Shown: positions 46,234 to 57,248 of the stretch, one piece after another | Layout: each line of letters starts with the position of its first letter | Position numbering within the stretch: position 1 is the stretch's first letter | Program-made: the position numbers and the translations under genes | Source of the DNA: Bdellovibrionales bacterium | Lineage (GTDB): Bacteria; Bdellovibrionota; Bdellovibrionia; Bdellovibrionales; UBA1609 | Assembly: GCA_965205945.1 (NCBI GenBank) | Contig: CBDBIB010000003.1 | Span: 32,001-96,000 of the forward strand | Length of the DNA stretch: 64,000 nt | Reading direction: 5' to 3' | The notes under the pieces: generated by a model | What the model saw: only the letters and a program-made list of their open reading frames with translations | What the model was told of the DNA's origin: nothing | Databases searched by the model: none

Positions 46234-47739
46234 ATGCTTAAAATCTTACTCTTTTTATTATTTATTGGAGTTCGTATAGGTACTTCCTATGCAGAGATTG
46301 TTATTGAAGGTGAAACTGAATATATAGATCTTATTCAAGGTGTTTATGTTGATAAAAAATATGAAGATCTTCCTGATAAATCAATATTTAAATTTGAAAA
46401 TAAAAAGTTTAAAAAATATGTGGATCTTGTTTATGATAATGATAGGAAAATGATGAGGTTTAAGCCTAAACGAAAAGGATCTACTATAATTAGATTTGTA
46501 AATAAAAGAGATCCAGATCTTATAATAAAACAGATTAAGGTGACAGTTCAAGAAAGAAATTTAGATCGAGTTGCAAAAGAAATTAAATCTCTTCTTGGTG
46601 AAATTGAGGGCATTGAGATAAAAATTCTTAATAATAAAGTTATTGTTGACGGATATATTCTTTTAGCAAAAGATTTAAATAGAATTGCAATGGTTTTAGA
46701 GCATTATGATCCAAAGCAAGTAGTGTCTATTGTCAGGCTTAGTCCCTTAACTCGAGTAAAAATTGCAGAAAGAATTGAGGCTCAAATAGATGATCCTAAT
46801 ATATATGTAGAAGTTATAAATGATTATTTTATTTTAGGAGGTAACGAATCCTTTAGTGGTCAGAAGGCAATAGCAGGGGAGTATGCACAAGCGCTTATTT
46901 CTGATATTTTGTCAAAACCTGCAGAATCAAGTGTAAGAGGTGGATCAACAATCGTATCTGTACGATCGCCTAGTAATCCGATTATTAATAATATTAGATT
47001 GTTACAAAAGAAGAAACCACCAAGTAAAAAGATAATACAAATAGTAGTACATTATGTAGAATTATCAAAAACCTATGGAAAAGGTTTTAATTTTTCATGG
47101 GCTCCGACATTTGTAGATACAGGAAATCTTGAGTTAAATGGTAATAACGTAAATTCTTCAAATATTATTGAATCTTTGTCGACAACGATCTCTAATTTAT
47201 TGCCAAGATTAAATTGGGCAAGGCACCACGGGCATGCAAGAATTTTAGACACGATGAATGTAACAACTGAAGAGGGTAAAAAAGGTACAGTAAATTCTGA
47301 AAAACAAATATCTAGACTTCAAACAACAGAACAAGGTGGAGTTTCTCCTCAAATAGTCAAAGCAAATGTAAAAACAGAGGCAACACCAACGATAGATCAG
47401 GCTAGACCAGATAATATTAAATTAGATTTAAATATTCAAATTGGAGAAATTAGTGAAGTTTCTGCAGCTGCTAACACCACATCGACAAATCAGGTACAGA
47501 CTGTAATCACAGTTCGTAATAAACGAAGTGCTGCAATCGCAGGGCTTTTAAGGAGTTCATCAAGTACTGCTTACAATAAAACTCCGAATGCTAATCTAAA
47601 TGCTCTTTTTAGAATGGGGGCTTCAAAAGATTTAGACAGAAGTCAAAGTCAATTCGTTATTTTCGTAACGCCCATAATTAAATATAATGCAAGCGAGGGT
47701 ATTGATCATATAAAGCGTAAATTTAGACTAGACAAATAG
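46234..47739 (+). CDS. cpaC: Tad secretin CpaC/RcpA with BON-like domains
   Basis: Signal peptide; C-terminal secretin motifs SAAIAGL and QFVIFVTP. Confidence 0.85.
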   Translation: MLKILLFLLFIGVRIGTSYAEIVIEGETEYIDLIQGVYVDKKYEDLPDKSIFKFENKKFKKYVDLVYDNDRKMMRFKPKRKGSTIIRFVNKRDPDLIIKQIKVTVQERNLDRVAKEIKSLLGEIEGIEIKILNNKVIVDGYILLAKDLNRIAMVLEHYDPKQVVSIVRLSPLTRVKIAERIEAQIDDPNIYVEVINDYFILGGNESFSGQKAIAGEYAQALISDILSKPAESSVRGGSTIVSVRSPSNPIINNIRLLQKKKPPSKKIIQIVVHYVELSKTYGKGFNFSWAPTFVDTGNLELNGNNVNSSNIIESLSTTISNLLPRLNWARHHGHARILDTMNVTTEEGKKGTVNSEKQISRLQTTEQGGVSPQIVKANVKTEATPTIDQARPDNIKLDLNIQIGEISEVSAAANTTSTNQVQTVITVRNKRSAAIAGLLRSSSSTAYNKTPNANLNALFRMGASKDLDRSQSQFVIFVTPIIKYNASEGIDHIKRKFRLDK

Positions 47740-47827
47740 ATAGATAAAAAATAAGGATTTTTTTTAAAATTTTAAATCGAGTCTAAAAATCATTTATTAA
47801 TAAATTAAAAAGTCCGATAAAAACTAT

Positions 47828-50062
47828 ATGACTATAGCAAAAAATTGTCATCTTATTTCAGTAACCAGTGGTAAAGGTGGGGTTGGAAAATCTATCTTTT
47901 GCACCAATTTATCTGTGGCTTTAAGGACAGAGTTTAAGCAGCCAGTACTCTTAGTTGATTTAGATGTGAACTCTTGTGGAGATCAAAGTATTTTATTGGG
48001 AGTTAAGCCTGAAAGATCAATTATGGATCTTGCAAGATCTAAGCAATCATTATCTCAAAAAACATTGGATCAGTTTATAGTTAAACACAGCTCAAATATT
48101 CATTATTTAGCGGCTGTGAGTGATTCATCACAAAGTTTAGTGTTGAATGCAAATATTTTTAGTCAACAGATCTCAATCATGAGTCAGTTTTATAAATATA
48201 TTATTATTGATCTTGGAAGTAATATAAATTCTTTACAGTTAAAGGCTTTAGAGCTTTCAAGTGTGGCCTTAACTTTAACCACTCCAGATATTTTAACTAT
48301 AAATCAAACTAAAAAGTTTTTAAATAAGATGATTGCAGAAACGTTTCCTGTAGAATTTTTTAAAATTGTTATTAATAAGGCATCTGCATCAGGTCTAAGG
48401 CCTGATTCTATTATAAAAACATTAGATTTGCCTTTAAATGGAATTATTCCAAAGGACGATGCTACTGTTATAAATTCTTTAAACAAGATGCAGCCATTTG
48501 TACAAACTTCTCCACGTTTATTAATATCTACTGCATATTTTAATTTAATTAGAAAAATAACGGGTGGTCAATTAGATGCAGCCAGAACTTTTTTAAATAA
48601 CAAAAAAATTAAAAAAAAAGAACTGACTGTTGGGGATAAAAAAGTAAAAGTTATAGATAATGACATTCAATTAAAGATTCAAATTCATAATGAATTGATT
48701 AAAGAAATGGATTTGAAAAAAGATGTGGGTGCTACTCGACAAGATTCTCAAAAAGAAAAAGAATTGAGGCAAAAAACACAGCTTGTAGTTACTAAAATTG
48801 TGGATAAAAGGGCTTTAAATCTTGAACGAGATGATAGGTCTCGGATAATTAAAGATGTTTTAGATGAGGCTTTAGGATTAGGAGCTTTAGAAAAGTTACT
48901 TGCTGATGATACGGTCTCTGAGATTATGGTTAATGGAGCTTCAAAAATATTTGTGGAAAAAAACGGATGTGTTCAACTTAGTAAGGCAAGGTTTACATCG
49001 AATCAACAGCTTAGAAACATAATAGAAAGAATTGTAACGCCTATAGGTAGGAGGATTGATGAGAAAACTCCTTATTGCGATGCTAGATTGGTCGATGGTA
49101 GTCGTGTAAATGCTGTTATTGAACCTTTAGCAATTGATGGACCTTCACTAACAATTAGAAAATTTTCAAAAGATGAAATTACATATAAAAATTATTTAGA
49201 GTGGGCCTCTATGACTCAACCAATGATAGATTTTTTAAGAATATCTGTAGAGCAAGGGTTAAATATAATTATTTCAGGTGGTACAGGTTCAGGTAAGACA
49301 ACACTTCTTAATACAATGTCTGGTTTTATACCTGCAAATGAAAGAATTGTTACAGTTGAGGATGCTGCTGAGTTACAACTTAAACAAGAGCATGTTGTTA
49401 GATTAGAAACTCGAGTGGCTAATATGGATGGTGGAGGAGAGATTTCAATTAGGGATTTGGTAAAAAATTCTTTAAGGATGAGACCAGATAGAGTGATTGT
49501 GGGTGAGTGTCGTGATGGAGCTGCGTTAGATATGCTTCAAGCAATGAATACAGGGCATGATGGATCAATGACAACAGTTCATGCCAATACGCCTAAAGAA
49601 GCAATCGGGCGACTTGAAACGCTTTGTTTAATGGCTGGAATGGATTTGCCGGCAAAAGCTATTCGAGAGCAGATTGCCGGGGCTGTAAACTTATTTGTAC
49701 AAATTGGTAGATTAAGTGATGGAAGTAGAAAAGTAAAATACGTCACAGAAGTAGGTGCTTTTAGAGGTGAAGTTATTGAGCTTCAGGATATTTTTATTTT
49801 TAAAGAAGAAGGTTTTGATAAAAATCGTAAAATTCAGGGCTCATTTAAATGGACAGGAAACATACCAAAATGTGTTGAAAAATTTGAAAAAAGAGGAGTT
49901 ATAATTCCACGCTCAATCTTTTCAGCAAGTATTAATAATCAACCTCCTAAAAAAGAAGCCACTATTGGAGTTCAAAGATCTGGTTTGTCTAAGCCTAGAA
50001 CAATCCAGAATAAAGGAAACATTTTAAGGGGAAATATTAAAAAAGTTAGTGGGGGAAACTAG
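47828..50062 (+). CDS. tadA: CpaE(TadZ)-CpaF(TadA) fusion ATPase
   Basis: N-terminal MinD-like SGKGGVGKS; C-terminal GGTGSGKTT, LRMRPDRVIVGE, MNTGHDGSMTTVHAN. Confidence 0.93.
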   Translation: MTIAKNCHLISVTSGKGGVGKSIFCTNLSVALRTEFKQPVLLVDLDVNSCGDQSILLGVKPERSIMDLARSKQSLSQKTLDQFIVKHSSNIHYLAAVSDSSQSLVLNANIFSQQISIMSQFYKYIIIDLGSNINSLQLKALELSSVALTLTTPDILTINQTKKFLNKMIAETFPVEFFKIVINKASASGLRPDSIIKTLDLPLNGIIPKDDATVINSLNKMQPFVQTSPRLLISTAYFNLIRKITGGQLDAARTFLNNKKIKKKELTVGDKKVKVIDNDIQLKIQIHNELIKEMDLKKDVGATRQDSQKEKELRQKTQLVVTKIVDKRALNLERDDRSRIIKDVLDEALGLGALEKLLADDTVSEIMVNGASKIFVEKNGCVQLSKARFTSNQQLRNIIERIVTPIGRRIDEKTPYCDARLVDGSRVNAVIEPLAIDGPSLTIRKFSKDEITYKNYLEWASMTQPMIDFLRISVEQGLNIIISGGTGSGKTTLLNTMSGFIPANERIVTVEDAAELQLKQEHVVRLETRVANMDGGGEISIRDLVKNSLRMRPDRVIVGECRDGAALDMLQAMNTGHDGSMTTVHANTPKEAIGRLETLCLMAGMDLPAKAIREQIAGAVNLFVQIGRLSDGSRKVKYVTEVGAFRGEVIELQDIFIFKEEGFDKNRKIQGSFKWTGNIPKCVEKFEKRGVIIPRSIFSASINNQPPKKEATIGVQRSGLSKPRTIQNKGNILRGNIKKVSGGN

Positions 50063-50064
50063 AG

Positions 50065-50964
50065 GTGGAAGCAATAGTATCATTTATAGGCTCTTATGTA
50101 CAAAACACATGGGTTATCATGATTTTAATTATAATCTGTGTTTTTATTTCAACACTCTTTGGTTGGACTTATGTAATTGATTTTGTAAAGACTACAGCTT
50201 GGGCGAATAAGGATGAGATTAAAAGAAAACTTGATTTAATCTATGTTAATCTTGAAGAAGAAAAATTATCTATATTTTTAATTATAGTAAGTTATGGTTT
50301 AGGTGTAGTGTTTTTCTTTTTATTTCTCCCTAATATTATGGCAGGTTTAGTTGTAGGAGGAATTATAATTTTTGCAGGTTTAAAAATTCCTCTTATAATC
50401 ATTGAATCTTTGTATCAAAAAAGGTGTCAGAAAGTTGTTGATCAAATGCTTGATGGAATGACTATTATGGCAAATGGGACTAAGGCGGGTAATCCACCAT
50501 CAGTAGCAATGGGTAGAGTTATTGAGAATATTAAAGGACCATTATCTCAAGAGTTTAATTTAGTGAAGAATAAAGAGCATCTTGGAATGAGTTTTGAAGA
50601 TGCATTAGTTGAAATGAGTGAACGCGTTCCAATGCCTGATGTTCAGATGTTTGTAATGTCTGTAAATATTTTAAAGGAAACAGGCGGGAAAATTGATCAA
50701 ACTTTTGAAACTATAAATAGTGTTATTAGAGAAAGGCAGAAGTTGGAAAAAAAAATATCTGCTATGACAGCTCAAGGAATAAGCCAGGGAATTATTATAA
50801 CGGCAATTCCCTTTGTTTTACTAATATTTTTTTGGTTCTCAGATAAAAAAGCGGTGGAACCCATGTTTACAACAATGTTTGGACTTATGATTTTAGGGGC
50901 AATATTTACTTTACAAATTATTGGCGGTCTTATGATAAAAAAAATTGTAACAATAAAGGTATGA
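50065..50964 (+). CDS. tadB: Tad pilus inner-membrane protein TadB
   Basis: T2SSF-like: GPLSQEF, ETGG, IRER..I.AMTAQG. Confidence 0.92.
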   Translation: MEAIVSFIGSYVQNTWVIMILIIICVFISTLFGWTYVIDFVKTTAWANKDEIKRKLDLIYVNLEEEKLSIFLIIVSYGLGVVFFFLFLPNIMAGLVVGGIIIFAGLKIPLIIIESLYQKRCQKVVDQMLDGMTIMANGTKAGNPPSVAMGRVIENIKGPLSQEFNLVKNKEHLGMSFEDALVEMSERVPMPDVQMFVMSVNILKETGGKIDQTFETINSVIRERQKLEKKISAMTAQGISQGIIITAIPFVLLIFFWFSDKKAVEPMFTTMFGLMILGAIFTLQIIGGLMIKKIVTIKV

Positions 50965-52634
50965 TAATGAAGTTTTTATTTTTAAGCATAGGTTTGATTT
51001 TTTCTATAAATATATTAGCTTTTGTAGATATGAAAAATGCGAATTTTTCTGACTCATGGGTAGATTATCAGTCTAGTGGTACAGGCTATCAGTTAAAAAT
51101 TCAAAGAACCTATAACTCAAGATCTACATATGATGGATTTTTTGGTTTTGGTTGGTGTTCTGATTTTGAAACAAGATTAGAGATTATGCCGGATTCTAGT
51201 TTAAAAGTAATTGAGTGTGGGGGAGGGCAGGAAGTGTCATTTACTACAGCTAAAGAATTAAAAGGGTTTAAACTTAGTAAGTATATTAAAAAACTTGTTA
51301 ATTTATCTCAACAAGTAAACCCAAGGCTTAAAAAATCTTATTTAAAAAGATTAGAAAAAGACTTAGAAGACAATCAGTATTTACGAGAAGCACTTGCTAA
51401 AAAACTTGGTGTAAAGGGTAAGATTGAAAACAATTCAACTTTTCTTGCACGAGGTAGAGGGGGTGAAAAAATTCTTTTTAAGGAAGGTTTTTATAGAAGA
51501 ACTTTGGCAGATGGAACGTTTCAGAAATTTAACTCTTCTGGCAAATTGGTGAGCTTATTTGATAGGAATTCAAACTACTTAAGCTTTAGTTATAATGAAA
51601 AAAAACAGCTTATATATGTGACAGGTAATAATGGTCAGAGATTAGATTTTAAGTATCATTCAAACGATAAAATTTCAGAGATTAGAACTCCTGAAAGAAA
51701 AGTACTAAAATATTCTTATTTAGGCCAAGATTTGCAAAAAGTTATAAATGCTTGGAATATGAAATACTCTTACAAATATGATTCGTTACATAACTTAACA
51801 ACCGTAGTTTTTCCAGATAAATCGGTTAAAGAAATTATATACAATAAAGATAAAGATTTGGTTATAGGATTTCGAAATAGAGATTCTTGTAAAGAAGATT
51901 ATTTTTATAAAGGGAGTAAAGATAATCCAAGGAATCATTATTGGAGTACCGTAGTAAAGAGATGTAATGGTAAGATAACAAATGAATCAAAATATGAGTT
52001 TTGGCATAGGAAAAAATCTGATGGAACAGGGAAGTATTTATATAGAGTGTTATCTAAAAACAATGGAGATATTGTGGATGTGACATATCATGATATTTTT
52101 GGAAAGCCGCTTATGATAAATGAGAATCAGAAAAGAACATGGTTTAAATATAACCGTATGGGACTGATGACAGAGAAAAGAACACCTGTAGAAAAAAATA
52201 TATATAAATATGATAAGACTTGCTATAAAATTAGTTTTATTACTAAAGAAGAGTATGGGAATTTTGAAAAAAGAGATAAAATAACATATAAGGAATCAAC
52301 AAAGTTTGTATATGATAAGTCTAAATGTAACTTAGTCTATGCAGCTAATTCACAAGGGATTAAAGTAAAAGTTGAGTATGACAGATTTGGAAGAATTAAT
52401 AAATTAATTGATCAGTCTCAAAAATTTATAAAGCTTATTTATAGTAAAGCTCATGGAAAACCAGATTATATTGTTTACCCAGGGCTAGGTTCAATAAAAG
52501 TTATTTATAATAACAAAGGTGAAATGCAAGACGTTAAAAGTAGCAAAGGGGCTGAGGTTGCGGCTCAAGTAGCAACCATATTTAATAACCTTTTAAAAGT
52601 AGTTTCACCGGCAACTTCGGGGTTAAGTATATGA
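50961..52634 (+). CDS. Secreted YD/RHS-repeat protein (Bd0109-like)
   Basis: Signal peptide; RTYNS..FGFGW (DUF6531-like); YD repeats; no RHS core DPxG or toxin tip visible. Confidence 0.85.
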   Translation: MIMKFLFLSIGLIFSINILAFVDMKNANFSDSWVDYQSSGTGYQLKIQRTYNSRSTYDGFFGFGWCSDFETRLEIMPDSSLKVIECGGGQEVSFTTAKELKGFKLSKYIKKLVNLSQQVNPRLKKSYLKRLEKDLEDNQYLREALAKKLGVKGKIENNSTFLARGRGGEKILFKEGFYRRTLADGTFQKFNSSGKLVSLFDRNSNYLSFSYNEKKQLIYVTGNNGQRLDFKYHSNDKISEIRTPERKVLKYSYLGQDLQKVINAWNMKYSYKYDSLHNLTTVVFPDKSVKEIIYNKDKDLVIGFRNRDSCKEDYFYKGSKDNPRNHYWSTVVKRCNGKITNESKYEFWHRKKSDGTGKYLYRVLSKNNGDIVDVTYHDIFGKPLMINENQKRTWFKYNRMGLMTEKRTPVEKNIYKYDKTCYKISFITKEEYGNFEKRDKITYKESTKFVYDKSKCNLVYAANSQGIKVKVEYDRFGRINKLIDQSQKFIKLIYSKAHGKPDYIVYPGLGSIKVIYNNKGEMQDVKSSKGAEVAAQVATIFNNLLKVVSPATSGLSI

Positions 52635-52918
52635 AAATTCTAAGAATAAAGGTACAAGTGATTTTAGTTTTATTAATGTGTTTTGTTTCAATAAAGACAT
52701 TTTCTGTTCTTATGCCTATGCCTAAAGAGCAAGATAATAAACCATCTCAGAATTCAGTTCTGCCTCCTATGGGTACAGTGGATTGTAAAGGGTGTTTTAA
52801 AGCACTTAAAACAGGTGCTAATACAGGTGATCTAGAACTTATAGAGTATCATAAAAGACAAATTCTTGGAGGAGATAGGAATCTAAACACCCCTCAAGCT
52901 ATTGAGGAAGAATGGTAA
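52631..52918 (+). CDS. Small secreted Hit(Bd0108)-like protein
   Basis: Signal peptide, polar low-complexity body, DCKGC...TGANTG; overlaps the stop of the YD gene as in the Bdellovibrio hit locus. Confidence 0.7.
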   Translation: MKILRIKVQVILVLLMCFVSIKTFSVLMPMPKEQDNKPSQNSVLPPMGTVDCKGCFKALKTGANTGDLELIEYHKRQILGGDRNLNTPQAIEEEW

Positions 52919-53118
52919 TATGAAAAGAGGATGTGATCGTTTAAAGTAGCAGGAATAAAGTTCATCTAAAATGATTTTTGGTTAAAGTTTAAGAAAATAA
53001 AGAAGATACCGATAGGTGAGGTAATGAAGTGTTTTTTATAATCTTTTCTTAAAAGAAGGTTAGCAGGATAAGATTTTAATTAAAGTATAAAGTAACTCAT
53101 ATAAATCTTTGTTATGGA

Positions 53119-53340
53119 GTGAGTATGATTTTAAAAAAAATATTAATTTTTGGAATTTTAATTTCAAATTTCTCTTTTGCAGAAAATGTAGAACCTCCAT
53201 GTAACCATAGTGATTCTGATAGTGCTGAAAAGATTGCAGTAAAGCAAAGAATCGATAATATGTTTAGAGAATTTGTGCATATAGAGCCAGAATCTTCCCG
53301 AGTGTTGGATGATTCTTCTGAGAGTGGAGCAAAAGACTAA
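53119..53340 (+). CDS. Small secreted acidic hypothetical protein
   Basis: Signal peptide ending SFA; GGAG RBS; D/E/S-rich. Confidence 0.65.
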   Translation: MSMILKKILIFGILISNFSFAENVEPPCNHSDSDSAEKIAVKQRIDNMFREFVHIEPESSRVLDDSSESGAKD

Positions 53341-53352
53341 GTTATTAGGACT

Positions 53353-53697
53353 TTATTTTTCAAGAGTTTTAAGCTCTTTTATTTTTTTATTCTCAGGTTC
53401 TTTTATAACTTTAGTCATTTCGTTTAAAAAGAGTTCTTTAACGCTGTTTTTAATGTTTTTTAAAATAGAACTATCATAGATTTTTTTTCTAATTTCTTTA
53501 AGATCTTGTGGTGTGATTTTTAAGTATTGGCTTGTAGTGTAAGGGCTTTTTGTTCCTAGAAATTTTGGTGTAGCAGTTAAGCGGAGAAAACTCATAAGTC
53601 TATTTTCTAGAGTCTTTTCCTTAAATTTAAGTTGTAAGAAGCAGACAATAACAATTGTAATAACTGTATTTTTAAAAATAAAATAAAGACTTCCCAT
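53353..53697 (-). CDS. Hypothetical membrane-anchored protein
   Basis: N-terminal TM; coupled to the response regulator. Confidence 0.7.
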   Translation of the reverse strand: MGSLYFIFKNTVITIVIVCFLQLKFKEKTLENRLMSFLRLTATPKFLGTKSPYTTSQYLKITPQDLKEIRKKIYDSSILKNIKNSVKELFLNEMTKVIKEPENKKIKELKTLEK

Positions 53698-54059
53698 TAA
53701 AGAACCTTTTTAATGGCTTTAGTAAGATCATCTAAGGTAAAAGGTTTTTTAACAAATGAGTTGGCCCCAGCATTTAGAAATTGATTTATAACATCTCCGT
53801 GATCAAGAGTGGAGAGGCCGATAATGGGAATATTGCTGTTTAAGGATCTAATTTTTTTTGTAGCTTTTATACCGCTTATTTTTGGCATTACAATATCCAT
53901 AAAGATAAGGTCTGGAGAAAAAGATTTAAAAAAAGAAATGGCTTCTTCACCATTTTCAGCTTCTTTAATTTCACTAATGTCGTTTCGGGTTCCTAAAAAA
54001 TTAATGAGGATTTCTCTAATGAATGGAGCATCGTCTACTATTAATACTTTATAAGACAT
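53697..54059 (-). CDS. Single-domain CheY-like response regulator
   Basis: LIVDD, PDLIFMDIVMP, KPF. Confidence 0.93.
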   Translation of the reverse strand: MSYKVLIVDDAPFIREILINFLGTRNDISEIKEAENGEEAISFFKSFSPDLIFMDIVMPKISGIKATKKIRSLNSNIPIIGLSTLDHGDVINQFLNAGANSFVKKPFTLDDLTKAIKKVL

Positions 54060-54095
54060 GTAAAGACTGTAACTTAAAATAAGTAAGCTTGAAAT

Positions 54096-54127
54096 AAAAA
54101 AACCTCGCTTAAATGAGCGAGGTTTTT
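54096..54127. terminator. Intrinsic terminator downstream of groEL
   Basis: AAAAACCTCGCT-taaatg-AGCGAGGTTTTT hairpin with A/T tails; U7 tail on the minus strand. Confidence 0.85.
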
Positions 54128-54160
54128 AACTTAGACTAAAAACTAGTATGTAGTTTAGGT

Positions 54161-55825
<1,665 letters not shown>

Positions 55826-55839
55826 TCAATATTATTAAA

Positions 55840-56136
55840 TTAGTTACAAATTCCTAGAACATCTTCTTCTCTCATCATCAAATACTCTTTGCCCTCTAGT
55901 TTAAGCTCAGTTCCAGAGTATTTGCCAAATAAAATGGTATCGCCAGTTTTTACTTCCAGTGGAATTCTTTTGCCACCATCGGTTGCTTTACCCTTGCCTG
56001 CTGCAACGATTTCACCTTTTTGAGGTTTTTCCTTTGCTGAATCTGGAATATAGATACCTCCAGTTGTTTTTTCTTCTTCTTTTACTCTCTTAACTAAAAT
56101 TCTGTCGTTAAGAGGGGTAACATTAACATTAAACAT
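55840..56136 (-). CDS. groS: Co-chaperonin GroES
   Basis: [21 protein letters not shown]. Confidence 0.99.
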   Translation of the reverse strand: MFNVNVTPLNDRILVKRVKEEEKTTGGIYIPDSAKEKPQKGEIVAAGKGKATDGGKRIPLEVKTGDTILFGKYSGTELKLEGKEYLMMREEDVLGICN

Positions 56137-56248
56137 ATGTCCTCCTCCTGTTTAATTAGGTTTTGAAATCTTAATATGTAGTTGAGCTTGACAGAGTCAA
56201 GGTTAGTTAAGTTGAATTTATAATTTTACCGTATTGAATAAAATTTGT

Positions 56249-57079
56249 TTAGAGCGGCATACAATGGCTGTTTGCACATTTACTTGGGGGATCCCAAGCT
56301 GAAATATCAAAATATTGGATTTCACCCGAAGAATCTTTAAAAGGAAAACAGCCATTTTTATTTGCGGAGATACTGATGCCATAGAACCAGCGGTGGTTTT
56401 TTACTGAAGATACGGTGTTATGGGTAGAACTAAAATTGGTAAGAAGTTCAATATTACCTTTATTGTCCACCAAAAGGTTTCTAGTATAAAAACGCCATTG
56501 GATATAGGGGTCTTTTAAGAGTTTACCACTGTCATTTCTCAATTTAAGGTTCTCAGCTGTATGGTATAGGCTTTTTAGATGAGGGGTGTTTAGTAAATAA
56601 TTTAGGGGAGATGGGGGCAAGGTGTTAATATTGCTATAATGTTTATTATAATATTCCCTAGGAATTTGGAGGTGACTGTGACCCATATCAGGAAAGAAAA
56701 TATATTTTACATAATTTAAACGAAGGGCACTTTCTATATGAAGAATCACTGATTTTAAAAAGTGTTCAGGGAAAATTACAGATATTTTATCATTTTGACT
56801 TATAAAGCTTTGAGTTTTTGGATGGTAGCCTGCTCGATTAAAAAGACGCTCTGTTTGGTTGTAAACTGTTTTATAAAGAGCATCAATTTCAGGGACTAAA
56901 GCATTAGACTTAAACATATCCATAAAAAAATGGGGCTCATTACTTAGTTTAGGTGTGCAGCGAGTTTTAGCAATTTTTATTTTGTTTTCAAGCGAGAGTT
57001 TATTACTAGTTTTCCCTAGAGATATTTCTGATAAAAAGCTTATTCCAAGTAAAATTGATGCTAGTATTTTAATCTTCAT
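56249..57079 (-). CDS. Secreted hypothetical protein
   Basis: ATG 57079 after GGAGGG; signal peptide; FFPDMGHSH motif. Confidence 0.7.
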   Translation of the reverse strand: MKIKILASILLGISFLSEISLGKTSNKLSLENKIKIAKTRCTPKLSNEPHFFMDMFKSNALVPEIDALYKTVYNQTERLFNRAGYHPKTQSFISQNDKISVIFPEHFLKSVILHIESALRLNYVKYIFFPDMGHSHLQIPREYYNKHYSNINTLPPSPLNYLLNTPHLKSLYHTAENLKLRNDSGKLLKDPYIQWRFYTRNLLVDNKGNIELLTNFSSTHNTVSSVKNHRWFYGISISANKNGCFPFKDSSGEIQYFDISAWDPPSKCANSHCMPL

Positions 57080-57248
57080 AAAGGGTCTTCCCTCCAAGCC
57101 TTACATATAACATGTATTTCGGATTTTTAGCAAAAAGCAAATTTTTATTAACTCTATAAAAAAATATTATAAATATCTAATGGTGCGCTTTTTGATGCTT
57201 CATTAAAGAAAATAATATAGAATTCGAGGAATAAAAATAGGAATTTAT

